In this document: positions 36,965 through 49,171 of the stretch, piece by piece
How positions within the stretch are numbered: the stretch's first letter is position 1
Layout of the letters: each line of letters begins with the position of its first letter
Assembly (NCBI RefSeq): GCF_036321535.1
Contig: NC_087436.1
Coordinates: 35,652,001-35,716,000, forward strand
DNA length: 64,000 nucleotides
Origin: Camelus dromedarius
Lineage: Eukaryota
Reading direction: 5' to 3'
Notes under the pieces: model-generated
Database searches by the model: none
Told to the model about the DNA's origin: nothing
Seen by the model: the letters and a program-made list of their open reading frames with translations, nothing else
Made by a program: the position numbers and the translations under genes

Positions 36965-37242
36965 TGGAGGTAGGCAGATTACAGCCAGGGGCCTCTGGCC
37001 TTAGTCCTATACATGACCTCTCACCTGCCACCTCCCTACTCGCCTACTCCTGGGTGAATGACTTTTATATTTTTTTAAGAAAGAGAGAGAAAGAAAGAAA
37101 AGAAAAAAAGAAAGGAAGGAAGGAAGGAGAAAGGGATGGAGGGAGGGAGGGAAGGAAGAATATGTGACAGAGACTGTATGTAACCTGCAAAGTCCAAAGT
37201 ATTTATTATCTTGTCCTTTACAGAAGAAGTGGACATTCCCTT
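36965..37242. mobile_element. MER58-type hAT MITE with an internal purine microsatellite
   Basis: 'gacagagactgtatgtaacctgcaaagtccaaagtatttattatcttgtcctttacagaagaagt'; (GAAA/GGAA/GGGA)n at 37078-37160. Confidence 0.72.
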
Positions 37243-37483
37243 AGAATCTAAGGCATACAAAAAAATTCCATTGGTAAAACTTCTGCAACTCAAGCTATAA
37301 ACATTGTCTAACATTCATAAGCATGTCATTCAGGCACTTCGACTTACCGGACACATACATACTCTCATCAGAGCACATTTCAGGTATCACTGGACTTTTT
37401 TTGGAGTCAGCACATTGCTCTGGATGAGGGGATATGGACCTAACAAAGTCTGAGTTCATGTACCAACACGCATATAGGAGCAC

Positions 37484-37501
37484 TACACACACACACACAC
37501 A
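37484..37501. repeat. (CA)n microsatellite
   Basis: tacacacacacacacaca. Confidence 0.85.
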
Positions 37502-37819
37502 GGATATTCATCAAACTGGGATCATCAAGTACTGCTGGATTCCAGCACCACTCAACAACAGCACTGAAAGGGAAGAATAAAAAGGAATGGAAATCCAGCT
37601 GCTGGTGCACACTGGGGAAACCTACAGGCAAGACGGAGCCCACTCAGGTCATGATCAGACCAAGGGAATGCCAACAAAGGAGCAGCATGACTGTATGACA
37701 GTCCAGCCATATATCTTTTGTCTAGCTTTTTAGCTAGTTTTATCAGCTATTTATCTGATAGTTATTCACAAGTCCTGCCATCCTTACCAACAGTGAAGAT
37801 ATATTATTAGGTTCTGATT

Positions 37820-37935
37820 ATATTAGCAACAAATGTTGCTTTTTGTTTGAGGCATTGGTGTGCTAAGTGTTCTACATGTATGATGTCCTTGAAGCCTCCC
37901 ATCAGATAGACACTGCTATCCCCATTTTCCAAGGA
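37820..37935 (-). mobile_element. MIR fragment
   Basis: 'ggcattggtgtgctaagtgttctacatgta...ctgctatccccatttt'. Confidence 0.55.
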
Positions 37936-39279
37936 CTTTTAGTGGCACACCCCACATAATGGAAACCATCTGAAGTTAAGTTTTAGCGAGTCTCGTGGGG
38001 ACACTTGCTGCTTCAGGTCAATCTTCCTGCCAAGTTTATTGGACATAGAGCCCATGGGACAGATTTTTCCACCAAGAATCCCAGACACTATTGGAAACCG
38101 AATCTGATAAAATTTAGAAATCGTTTTCTGTTAACCCTATCTTTGGAAAGGGCAGTTAACAAAACCACTTACCCACAAAACTGTGAAAATGCTATGCGCC
38201 ACATGATTTCGAAGCCTGTGCTCCTCTAACCTCCCAGTGGGGGCATAAGCAGTGACCAAAGGTGAATGGAAGTCAGAAGAAACTGAATTAAATGCAGGAC
38301 TAGAACCAAACTACCAGAGTTTCTTACATTCTTTGAAAGGGGAACTAAGACCAGTAGTTTGTGAATCTGAATGAATGCCCACTGACCCATCCAGTTCCTG
38401 CTGTTTCTCCTATACAGACACACATCAACGCTCACACACGTTTGCCACACATCTGAGCAGCACTGGGCATTTTGAAAGTGTGGCCCATTTCTTACTCTGG
38501 CATATTAAGGGAGTCTTCGTGCATTTCCACGCATGTGGTGTGCTGCCCAAACATGATTATTTCCAATGGTGTTTGGCCTGCTTTCAGCTGCTACAGGATA
38601 GCTTTTCAGTTTTCATGGGGAATTCATATAGAGATAAGAGCTGCTTGAGTGACGTGGGAGATCTGGGAACTAGCTCCCAAATTCCTATTTAGTGAATAAT
38701 TTAGCTATCCAAGGAAACTAAGAGTAATAGCAGGAATTCTTGACTTTAGAAATTAAAACTCAAGAAAAAACAAATTTTAAAAAGGAAAGAGACCTTCCTC
38801 TCTGGACACATGTCTGGTTCAAAGAGTAATTCTAAAATGGGCAAAGCTTGTTTCGCTAGCCACACATCATCCTTTCTTCAGCCCTGCCCACTTCCTGAAT
38901 ACTAGAGGAAGCCTCCTCTCTCTGAGGCTGCTGTGTTCTCCAAAAGTTCCATTTTCACCCAGAACAGCAACTGTGGCAGGAGGACCGCACTCGGGCAGTT
39001 GCAGTGGTGGCCGGCCACCGGGAGTGTTTCCTATGTACACACAGTCCCACAGGGAGGAAGGAAAAAACCCTCACTAAACAGCCGTAATTAAAGAGGATTC
39101 GAGACAATAGGATTCACAATCAAAACTATAAATTAAGCAAATCATCAAAGCTGAAAGCGCTGGAAGGGGAAAATTCATCACAAAGGAACTAATCTCTTTC
39201 AAAGAGTGGACTTATTTATGCATCTAATATGAAGTCTGTTCCTTCCCTGCATCTGCTTCATGGTTACATCATCAATCTT

Positions 39280-39760
39280 CAACTGGCTCAAAAGCCAAAA
39301 ATTGGTAACAACCCAAATCCATCAACAGTAGAATGGATTAAAACTTATGGCACAGTTATACTGTGGAATATGATGCAATTACCCAGAATACAAGAGATGA
39401 ATCTTACATAATGTTGAGCAAAAGCAGAAAATCGGAAGAATAACTCATTGGGATTTTCTTGATATAAAGTTAAAAGCAGGCAAAACTAAACGATGGTAGA
39501 GCAAGAAAGAAAAGAAAGGAAAGGACTACCATAGCATTAGAATGGTGGTTACCTTTCGGGGGCAGGAAGAGGTTGCCTTTCCATAAGGACACACGGGAGG
39601 GGTGGGGATGGGGGGGTTCAGGTGTGGGTAATGTTCTATTTCTTGAGTTGTATGGTGGTTACATAAAAGTTCAACTTTAACTGTTAATACCACACATATG
39701 TATGGTGCTCTTTTATGAAAGTATTTTATAGTTCATAATGTAAAATGGTTAATTTTCTAA
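39280..39760 (+). mobile_element. Old L1M 3' region
   Basis: 'aacaacccaaatccatcaacagtagaatggat...gatgaatcttacataatgttgagc...gcaggcaaaactaa'. Confidence 0.8.
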
Positions 39761-40139
39761 ATTGCAGGATGGTTTTCCCATAATTTGATTCTATAAAGCT
39801 ACGAAGAGGAAGGAAAAAGAAAATACTCCCAAGGCAAAGGTAATGAACTACGCCTCTGTGCCCTCCCTTGCACTCTAAGCTGCATCGGCTCACGGCTGCA
39901 ATTCTTAACCCACGGCGGATGTTAAATAAATATTTGATGATGTTGAGGGCTTAAGTAATGATTTATGTAAACATCAGGAGCTGCTGCACAGAACACATTC
40001 TCATGGCACAGTTTTAAATTGACCAGAGGGATCTCACTGTGGTGCGCCTGAGACTAACCGTAGAATGTAAGAGGGTCTCATTAACTTGTCAAGTTGATGG
40101 AGTTTGGGGGCTCGTCTTGTTGCAAACCCGCTGTCTGCA

Positions 40140-40530
40140 AATGAGCATTCTCACACACAGTCAGTGGGTCTGAATATTAGCACAACGTTTAAGAAGAGCA
40201 ATTTGGCGATATTCATCAAAAACCTCAAAACAGTAATTCCACTTTTAAGCAATTCCACGTCTAAGAATCTTAAAAAAGATTGTGGAGTTTGCGTGCAAAG
40301 ATTTAGCTGTAAGGATATTTGGGTAAGCATTGTTTGCAAGAGCAAAAAATGGGAAGCAACATAAAAGTCCAATGATATGAGAGCTGTTAAATAGATTGTG
40401 GTTCCTCATTCAATGGAATTCCATGCAGCCGTTAAAACTGATGTTGTAAAGGGTCATTTTAAAACATGAAAATAGATCCATAACATACTGTTATTTTTAA
40501 AATCCTGTTACAAAGCCCTGAGTACAATTT
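40140..40530 (+). mobile_element. Old L1ME fragment
   Basis: 'gagcaatttggcgatattcatcaaaa...caatggaattccatgcagccgttaaaa'. Confidence 0.72.
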
Positions 40531-40533
40531 TAG

Positions 40534-40600
40534 CTAGATAGACAGATAGATAGCCAGACAGACAGACAGGTGGGTAGACAGACAAATACATAGATGATAG
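40534..40600. repeat. (GATA/GACA)n compound repeat
   Basis: tagatagacagatagatagccagacagacagacag. Confidence 0.8.
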
Positions 40601-40744
40601 AATCAAACCACTCCAAAACTTAATAGCTTAAAACAACTAGCTTGTTCTCTATTTCTTTTCTTTTATTTCTGATTGCCTGAGATGACTGGGCTAAGACAAG
40701 CAGTTCTTGTGTTAAGTCTCACTTGGGAGAATACATTTAGGCAA

Positions 40745-40832
40745 GCAGTTTCTCCCACTTTGCCCAGAACTTTCTCAGTTTTAGCACTGGAAGTCCCATG
40801 TCCAGGACAATCCCCTCAGTCCTGGACAAACA
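40745..40832. mobile_element. MER94-like hAT-Blackjack MITE (preceded by an MLT1 fragment at about 40600-40740)
   Basis: 'ttttagcactggaagtcccatgtccaggacaatcccctcagtcctggacaaa'. Confidence 0.65.
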
Positions 40833-43679
40833 CTTAATCTCAGACTAGGTGCCACAGATGCACACCCAAAATGACAGTGAGTGAAATGTATTTTCTTTTA
40901 TTCCACGTCTCTACATTGTATCTTATCTAGGTATGATTCTAAAACAAACAAACAAACAAAAATTAAATGAAAATTTTACCTAAAACTCTATTATCTAAAA
41001 TTCCAATCATTTATAATCATTTTAGTTCAGCAGCCAGGGGAAATTTTCTTTTGTACCACATAGAAAGAAACTGAATGGTACAAATAGGGTCGTCTGGAAG
41101 ATGTTTAAGACCTTCCAGTCTGGGTCAGTAGTTTCCACTCTTGCTTCCTGCCCCTCCCAAGTGCAGGTATGACACACGCTCATCAGTCAGTAATGGGCTC
41201 ACCTGGCAGTGATTCTAAGCCAGGTGCGGAAGGGTGGAGGACTGTCAAGTTAAAAAAGCCCCCAAATTAAGTCCAATGTGTTTGGGCTCATGTCTGTTTA
41301 AGAATAATTAAACATTTTTTACAGTCGGTTTTATCTATTTTTCTTTAATATTTTTTTTAAATTTTAATAGGTTTTACTATTCATACCAAGTTGTTCTTTC
41401 TTAGTTTAAACTTACAAAATTTTACTCTATTGAATGTACTAGCACATTCATTCTAAGACTTCATGTCCTACAATACAAGGCTAAAGAACAGGGCAATGTT
41501 TTAGGTACCAACTAGGGTGAGGACTTCAGATATTTTATATAGTCTAGCATACTTGTTATATACATTCTTCTTTTGTCAGGTTGAAATTATCCTGTTTTCA
41601 TTATTCATCAGCTGAGCAGCCACAGGCTAGACTTCTTTACTTTCTATAATGAATGTTCTTATAAGCTGAATCAGGCAAAGCTGTTGATGACATAGGTGCA
41701 GAAATTAAGATCATAAACTTAGCATAATCCGCTCTTAGCAAACAGGCTTCAGCCTTGTTTTTCTCTTTCTCCGTGAATTATATGCACACGCATATAGATG
41801 CATGATTTTGTTTTCTGGGAATGTGACTTTCCCCATAAAGATCTCTACCATGATAGATTCCCTGATGCCTTAAGACAAATACAGTTAAGAGGTGAACAAT
41901 AAGCTATGCTGGAGATGGGGAGAGAAGCGGGCCTAATATTCTGCTTCTACCAGTGAACTGATCATTTTACAGTATGTCAGTGATTTGATGCTAAAGCCAT
42001 GGTCTGTTCAGAATCAGCTATTTCCCTGTCTATGCCAGCAAGTCCACATAAAGTTACCGTATGCCAATAATTTAAAAACTAACAGCAATGTTGTTCCTTA
42101 CTAGCAAGGCCACGTCAGTCTTACTCATGTGGCAAAGACACATTCAACGTTATAAAATGGGATATTCTCTTCTCCAAGTTTCATGAAAGGATTTCATTCC
42201 AGATGTACTGTTAGCTTCACTGGGGTTATAGCCTTATTGCTCAAGCAATAGAAGGTTAAATTAGAAAAAGGGTATTTTCTGAAGCTGACCCTCCCTCCTG
42301 GAGTTTTATTTTACACTGCCATGTCTTACAGCTTTAATTTCCACTAATACAGAAAACAGGTCCAGCCCTCCGGAAAGTAGCAAATAGAGGAACTATATCT
42401 CCCTGCATGTGGGCTTTGGCAGGACAGTCTGGACTTGCTCGGGCTTGGCCCCTCAGCCTCCTAAGGTCTCTGATTCGAATTCCCCGTGGTTTGCTATGGC
42501 CATAACTAGGTCTGAGCAAGGGGAAGCCAATACTTTCAAAAGCAAGGAGGATTTACTCTGTTTCACAAAAACCTTCTGATTAGCTGTCAGTGGATTAGCC
42601 TCATCCCTTTTCAGCAGAGAGCCTGTCTGAATCTCTGAGCTGAAAATTTTCATTGCCATCTATGCTATGTGGGTGCCGTTCACTCATTCCAAAACGCCAG
42701 CAACCCCCCTCCACCCCCACTGTAATGCTGCTTTGCCAGCGTTCAGAAGCCACACACATGTGTTGAGAAGAATGTGATTATACAGCGCTGACACTTGACT
42801 AACTCGTCTTTGACCATATACAAAAGATTCGTACTCATTTTTGTTGCTTTTATTTGGAATACACACGGTAAAAATCCACAGGAGATCCACAACTGACTTT
42901 TCCAGAGATTCAATAATATTGCAGATTAAATCACATCCCCTGAGTACGTGATGGTGTAAAGTGAGCTCTCTCATTGTGACGCTGGAACCAGTAACACGGT
43001 GTTTTCTTATCTCCAGACAATAGGTTACAATAGAATTCTACGGTCTCAGCACTAGTTGCCTTAACACTACAAGTCCTAGTTAAGCACAGGCTTAAAGCGG
43101 ACCTGATTTTCCTGACCATTAGCTCTTTACGTCTGCCTTTATAGCTGTGGACCAGGAGATCCTAGACGCCTGCAAAAGAGCAGTGTATTTTTTAATAATA
43201 GCCATTTGGGCACAAAGTCTATTAGCACAAACCACCTCAGATTTCTGTCACCTCCTGTCCTCCAAAGTAACCTAAATAATGACAACTAAGTCTGATCAGC
43301 CTCCCAGTGGTGGCTTAGTTTTCTAAATGTGACCTTGTAGGGATGATGCCTCAGCTTCTGGTGTCCCATGAGGAATCCTGTCATTAAACCTGGGCTGGAC
43401 TCATAAGCCAAAGAGTAGGGAAGGAAGCACCAGGACAGGTAAGGGAGGAAACGGGGGAGGTATGGGTTAAGCAGAGCTTTGCGATACCCCTCAGTCATAA
43501 CTCCTACCCTAGGGTGACACCTCTTATTACCCTGGTCAAAGACAGATACCTTTGGGAGGGAAGGTAAAAACTAAATAATGAGACTTTTAAACAGCCATAC
43601 TAGCCCTTATTCATCTGTTCAAATGCTGTCCTCCTTAGTAGGGGGACCTGGAGGAATTATTCCAAAAACGTTATCACTG

Positions 43680-44610
43680 GGTGCAGCCACTATGGAAAAT
43701 AGTATGGAGATTCCTCAAAAAATTTAGACTAAACAAGATTATACTGTATAGCACAGGGAAATATATACAAGATCTTGCGGTAGCTCACAGTGAAAAAAAA
43801 TGTGACAATAAATATATGTATGTTCATGTATAACTGAAAAATTGTGCTCCACACTGGAATTTTACACAACACTGTAAAATGACTATAACTCAATAAAAAA
43901 TGTAAAAAATTAAATTAAATTAAAAATAATTAATTAACTTGAAAAAAAATTAAGACTAGAACTACTCTATCATCCAGCTATGCCACTTCTGGGTATTTTT
44001 TATGCAAAGAATACAAAAACACTCATCTGAAAAGATACATACACCCCTACATACACTGTGGCATTATTTATAGTTGCCAAGGGAGGGAAATACCCTAAGT
44101 GCCTATCAATGAATGAATGGATATAGAAAATGTGTCGTACATATACATATATAGTATTATATATATCTATATACACATATATAATATACATTAATACACA
44201 CATATATATAATGTAATACTACTCAGCCATGAAAAAAAAAGATGAAATCTCGCCATTTGAGACAACTTGGGTAGACTTTGAGGGCGTTATGCTATGTGAA
44301 ATAAGACAAAGAAAGACAAATATTGTATGATTTCACCCCTATATAGAATATAAAAAACAAACAAAGTAAATGAACAAACCAAACAAAAACAAACACGTAG
44401 ATACAGAAAACAGAGTAGCAGTTACCAGAGGGGAAGGAGCACAGGGAAGGGAGAAATGGGTACAGGGGATCAACTGAATGGACGTGGATGGAAACTAAAT
44501 TTTCAGTGGTCGGTGTGCTGTAGGGTATTTAGAGATAGATGTGTAATGTACACAGGAAACTTACATAATGTTGTAAAGGAGTTTTACCTCAATAAAAAAA
44601 ATTTTTAAAT
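43680..44610 (+). mobile_element. L1 3' end (older), interrupted by a younger L1
   Basis: 'ggtgcagccactatggaaaatagtatggagattcctcaaaaaa' continues after the insert as 'agaactactctatcatccagc'; ends 'cctcaataaaaaaaa'. Confidence 0.9.
43732..43943 (+). mobile_element. Younger, heavily truncated L1 3' end with TSD
   Basis: 'tactgtatagcacagggaaatatatacaagatcttg...gactataactcaataaaaaa'; TSD aaaaaatttagacta (43717-43731) / aaaaaattaagacta (43944-43958). Confidence 0.88.
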
Positions 44611-45189
44611 AAATGCTACTGTTGGTCAAATATTGTGGGTCCCCTCCTTTGGAATGGACTTCAGAGTTTGCCTTTGGCTTAAAATAGTATTATGCAACCA
44701 GACCACTCTCATTCACTGAACTCTTCGTTGTTCTTAGACACAAAATCCACTACCATAGGCTAGAAATGTATTATCATTTAAGACATTCATTCATTTATTT
44801 GTTCATTTGTTTATTTAACCAGCAATTATTTACTGACTACCTCCTACACATTGTACTTAGCACACACATGAGAAAGCCCTCCCATAAGGAATACACAGTC
44901 CAGTAAGAAAGACAGAAGTACATACAGCTAATTTAAACACAATAAAATACATGCCATATTCAAGACAAAATAAATGCTGTTTATGGCAACAGAAAGAAGA
45001 GAGGAGTAATTCAGCTTGGGTCGATAGGGAATGTTCATTGAGATGGTAGATCTGAATATAATCTTGAAGGAATTAATTAGATGTTAACAGGAAGAGAAGG
45101 ATGGTAAAAAAAAATTCTAGGTCAAGGCAACAATATAAATTATTAAACTGAAAATGCACAGAGGTAGCAAGTGAAGACAATTTAATGGA

Positions 45190-46512
45190 AGTAGGGTCTT
45201 TTCCACAAATGGTCTGAGACAACTTGATATCTACAAGCAAAATACAAATTTGGACCCCTAGCTTCACACCATACACAAAAACTAACTCAAAGTGGATCAT
45301 GGACTTAAATGAAAGATCTAAAATTATAAAACTCTTAGAAGAAAATTCAGCAGTAAATCTTTGTGACCTTGGGCTTGGCAATGATTTCTCAGATGTGATA
45401 CCAAAAGCATAAGTCATCAAAAAGAAGACTGGTAAGTCAGACTAAACCAAAATGAAAAACATTTGTACTTCAAAGGACAGCATCAAGAAAGTGAAAAGGC
45501 AACCCACAGAGTGAAAGAAAATATTTGCAAATCATGTCTGATAAGGGACTCAGACTATATAAAGAACTCTTACAATTCAATAATTGAAAGACAAATGACC
45601 TCATTTTAAAATAGGTGAAGGATTTGAATAGACATTTCTCTAAAGAAAATTAGTGAATGTCTAATAAGCATGTGAAAAGATGCTCAACATCATTACTTAT
45701 TAGTAAAATGCAAATCAAAACCACAATGAGATATTACTTCACATACAAGATGGCTATAATCAAAAAGACAGACCATAACAAGTGTTGATGAAGATGTGGA
45801 GAAATTGGAACCCTCATACCTTACTGGTGGGACAGTAAATTGGAGCAGCTGTTTTGGAAAACAGTTTTGACAATTCTTCAAAATGTTACACATAGAGTTA
45901 GCATATGGCCAAGCAACTCCAATCCTAGCTATATACTCAAGAGAAATTAAAACATATATCCACACAAAGACTTGTACACTAATGTTCTAGCAGCATTATA
46001 TTCACAGTAGCAAAAAAAGTGGAAACAATCCCAGTGTCCTTCAACTGATAAATGGATAAATAAAATGTGGTATAGCCATATGATGGAACATTATTCCGTC
46101 AGAGAAAGGAATGAAATACTGACACATGATACATACTGTATCAAAAACATGCTAAGCAAAGGAAGTCACACACATACGTATTGTATAATACCATTTATTT
46201 TAAATATTCAGAATAGGCAAATCTGTAGAGAGAAAAAGCATAGAAATATAAATAAATAAAAATAAACATTAAAAAAAATTTCTTTTTAAGTAAATTCATG
46301 GTTGCCTAAGGCTGGGAGGTGGGAATGGAGAATGGGGGTAAGATAAGGCACTACTAACCAGTACAAAGTTTTGGGGGTGATGAAAATGTTCTAAAATTGC
46401 ATCAAGATTATGGTTTCACAACTCTGTATATATGTTAAAACCACTGAATTGTACACTTTAAGCAGGTAAATATAATGGTACATAATTATGTCTCAATAAA
46501 ACTGTTTAAAAA
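45190..46512 (+). mobile_element. L1M (L1MA/MB-like) ORF2 end and 3' UTR
   Basis: ORF 45224..45412 'TPYTKTNSKWIMDLN...IKLLEEN...LCDLGLGNDF' is L1 ORF2; ends 'tgtctcaataaaactgtttaaaa'. Confidence 0.93.
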
Positions 46513-46517
46513 TATGA

Positions 46518-46652
46518 TGGAGTGACCATATAATTTATCATCCAAACCAGGACACCTTTGAAGGTGCTAAACATGCTAAACTAGACAGGACCCCAGGACA
46601 GCAGGCTTAAACCTAGACCACTCTCGGCAAATGGGGTACAGGGTCAGTCTAA
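46518..46652. mobile_element. hAT-Blackjack-like MITE
   Basis: 'gagtgaccatataatttatcatccaaaccaggacac...gggtcagtct'. Confidence 0.6.
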
Positions 46653-47805
46653 CTTTACTAACTGCCTGGAAATAGAATGTGTGGAGGGGAAAGAGAGGAA
46701 AAAAGGCTAGAAAAGTAGAACAAGACCAGACTGGGGAGAGCCTTGAATGTCATGCTAAGGGATGTGGTCAGAGAAAAAAGATAATTTTAGCAACAGTACA
46801 AAGGATTAATTGTAGGAGTATAAAAAACTGGGCATAAAACTAGTAAGAGGATTTTTCCATAGTCAAGATTAAGAAATGGTAAGCATCTAAATTAGGACAT
46901 GGGCTGTAGGGATGACAAGAAATGGACAGATTTAGGAAATACTTTGGGTTTGAAAGTTTAAAAGCATTTCCTAAAGGAAGTTCAAAAAAAAAAAAAAGAA
47001 TCTTCAGTAATAGCAGCATCCCTGAAATAAGTATACAGTGCTCCAAGTCATTACTGCAGAAGAACATGTTATGTTCTGTCTCCTACAAACGCTGCACGTG
47101 TGCTGGACCAGACAGATGCAGCCCAGGGCGTGCACCCTGAATGTACTCGCTGCTTTACAAAGCAGTTTTCTGTTTAAAAACGGACCTGCTCTGTTCCTGT
47201 TTCTCCTATAAGAGAAATGGAGGAAAAGCAGGTAAACAGTGATCCAACTTGGGGGAGTTGGGATGGCTTTTTTGTTTGTTTGTTTTTTGTTTTTGTTAAT
47301 TGACGGCGGTTTAAAACAGCTGTCTCAGGCAGTTTAAAAATTATACTGCATGGAAGTTGAAGTGGGAGTGATTGGACTTCCGTGGCTATGGTTACTTTTT
47401 AAAAACTACGTCTATTTTTGTAAAATTAACCTGTTTAAAAATTAAATGACTTCATGATAATGTCAACCAACTTTCATCATCCTTGTAGGCTTGTAGTTAA
47501 CTTCGCCTGAAATACACTGTAGCTGGGGGCTCATGTAAGTGGCTTGAACAAACTTAAAGCACACCTTACATCAGATCACCTGAGTACTTATTAATTGAAG
47601 GCCAGAGGATATGAGTAAAAATTATTAACTACTCCCCTGGCAGATAGGGATCAGGAGCTAGAGAACTGGGAAGAAAAAGACTCAGAAGAGAAATCAATGA
47701 ACCAAATCATCTCCCCGCTTCCAACTTCAGGGCTATGGAATGAAATCTTTGCCCCAGGGGCTCATAAACCCCTTCGCTTAAATTAGAAAGTTTAGCATCT
47801 ATTCC

Positions 47806-47845
47806 CAGAAAGAAAAAAAGAAAGAAAGAAAAAAAAAAAAAAAAG
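47806..47845. repeat. A-rich / (AAAG)n tract
   Basis: agaaaagaaaaaaagaaagaaagaaaaaaaaaaaaaaaga. Confidence 0.85.
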
Positions 47846-48699
47846 ACACCAGAGACTTAAAATAAGCAAGGCAAAAACCAAAATGTCTATGATTTTCATT
47901 TTAATCCCCTAATACAAACGAGGGGACGAGAAAGGCTGACCGTACGGTGAACACTAAGCCCGGACTCCTCCAAGGTTACGGCCCTCCCTTTATAACGGGG
48001 TTTCGGGCAGGCGCAGCATCTTGCGCTAGATAAACAATACAAGATTAAGCACGTAAAACGCTCGAATGGTTTGTGTAAAATTTATGGATGTTTAGAAGGT
48101 CCCACAAAATAAATTTTCAGACCAACTGAGCTAAAGATGTATTTCCCTCTTGCCAGATGAGGGTATAAGGAGTTTGTGGAAACAGGATGGTGGCCAGCTG
48201 TTTTACATCTCCACCAAGAAAACAGGCTGAATTTGTTTTCAAGTACTAGGATTGGACAAGGGAAAGAACTTTCCACCCATATTATTCCATCTGACATTCA
48301 AACAGTACATGGAAGACATGGCCTATCTCCCTCAAAGAGGTTTTAAAGACAAGTATGTTGGCTTGCTGGACGGGTCATCTATTCATGGGAAGAGAGGCGC
48401 ATATAATGACATGAGAAACCTGAGTCTATGAGGACTGTCATGAGGAAGTAGAATGATTAACTTTAAAATGTGGCTATCACTTGAGGCCAGTTTTTGATGC
48501 GGTTTTTATGTTATCTGATTACTCTTAAACTAGCAACTAACCAACTTCATAATGGGAATAAAATGAGGAAGAGTTCTGTTTCCTCAAAATTAATTTTCAG
48601 ATAACTACTCCAATTATAACTCTAACTGGATTTTTGCATTAAAAATCAGTAAGACATTAGATACCAAAATGTATTTAGAAAACTAAACATAGACAAAAC

Positions 48700-48982
48700 C
48701 CCGACAATATTCTGGTGAAAAAAAAAAGTGTCTGAGGAAGTCTAAACTGGTGTGTTACTGATGCTGGAATGGATACGTAAATCCAGAGCACGCAACGGAA
48801 AACCGAAACCACATCCAACTACTTGAAAGAATATACTATGTGACAGAGTAAGCTCCTCACACAAGGGAGTAAGGAAGGATTTTTTTTTTTAATGTTGGAA
48901 TAAATAGATACCAAGTAAGGAAAAAGTCATTTAGATCCAAACCTCATCCCACATGACAAGATAATCTTTCGATGAATTTATA
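48700..48982 (+). mobile_element. Old L1 ORF2 fragment
   Basis: 'tggaatggatacgtaaatccaga...tgttggaataaatagatacc...ttagatccaaacctcatcccaca'. Confidence 0.55.
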
Positions 48983-48994
48983 CATTCATTTAAC

Positions 48995-49171
48995 AAATGA
49001 CATGGAAAGGGGGGAAGGTATAGCTCTGCGGTAGAGCACAGGCATAGGATGAACAAGGTCCTGTGTTCAATGACCAGTGCCTCCATTAAAATAAATGAGT
49101 AAATAAATAAACCTAATCACCCCCCCAAAAAAAATAAAATAAAAAAACGAAACAAAAAAAAATAAATGACA
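48995..49171 (+). mobile_element. tRNA-derived camelid-type SINE, long form, with TSD
   Basis: 'ggggaaggtatagctctgcggtagagc...ggtcctgtgttcaatgaccagtgcctcca...taaataaacctaatcacccccc' plus A tail; TSD aaatgaca. Confidence 0.88.

Larger units (their letters stand above)
43600..44700. mobile_element. Mariner-like (MARNA-type) relic split by L1 insertions
   Basis: Left 'ggacctggaggaattattccaaaaacgttatcactg' and right 'aaatgctactgttggtcaaatattgtgggtcccctcctttggaatggacttcagag' read as one continuous element. Confidence 0.5.
44784..46950 (-). mobile_element. L2 split by an L1 and a MITE
   Basis: L2 tail 'cattcattcatttatttgttcatt...' at 44784-45150 resumes at about 46660 as 'agagccttgaatgtcatgctaagg'. 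Confidence 0.62.

Noticed and set aside
45073..46259. Several 60-115 aa ORFs
   Set aside because: Sense and antisense readings of a decayed L1.
49005..49085. tRNA-like sequence with A/B-box (also at 13110-13180 and 34178-34250)
   Set aside because: These have A-rich tails, TSDs and degenerate stems, so they are SINE heads, not tRNA genes.
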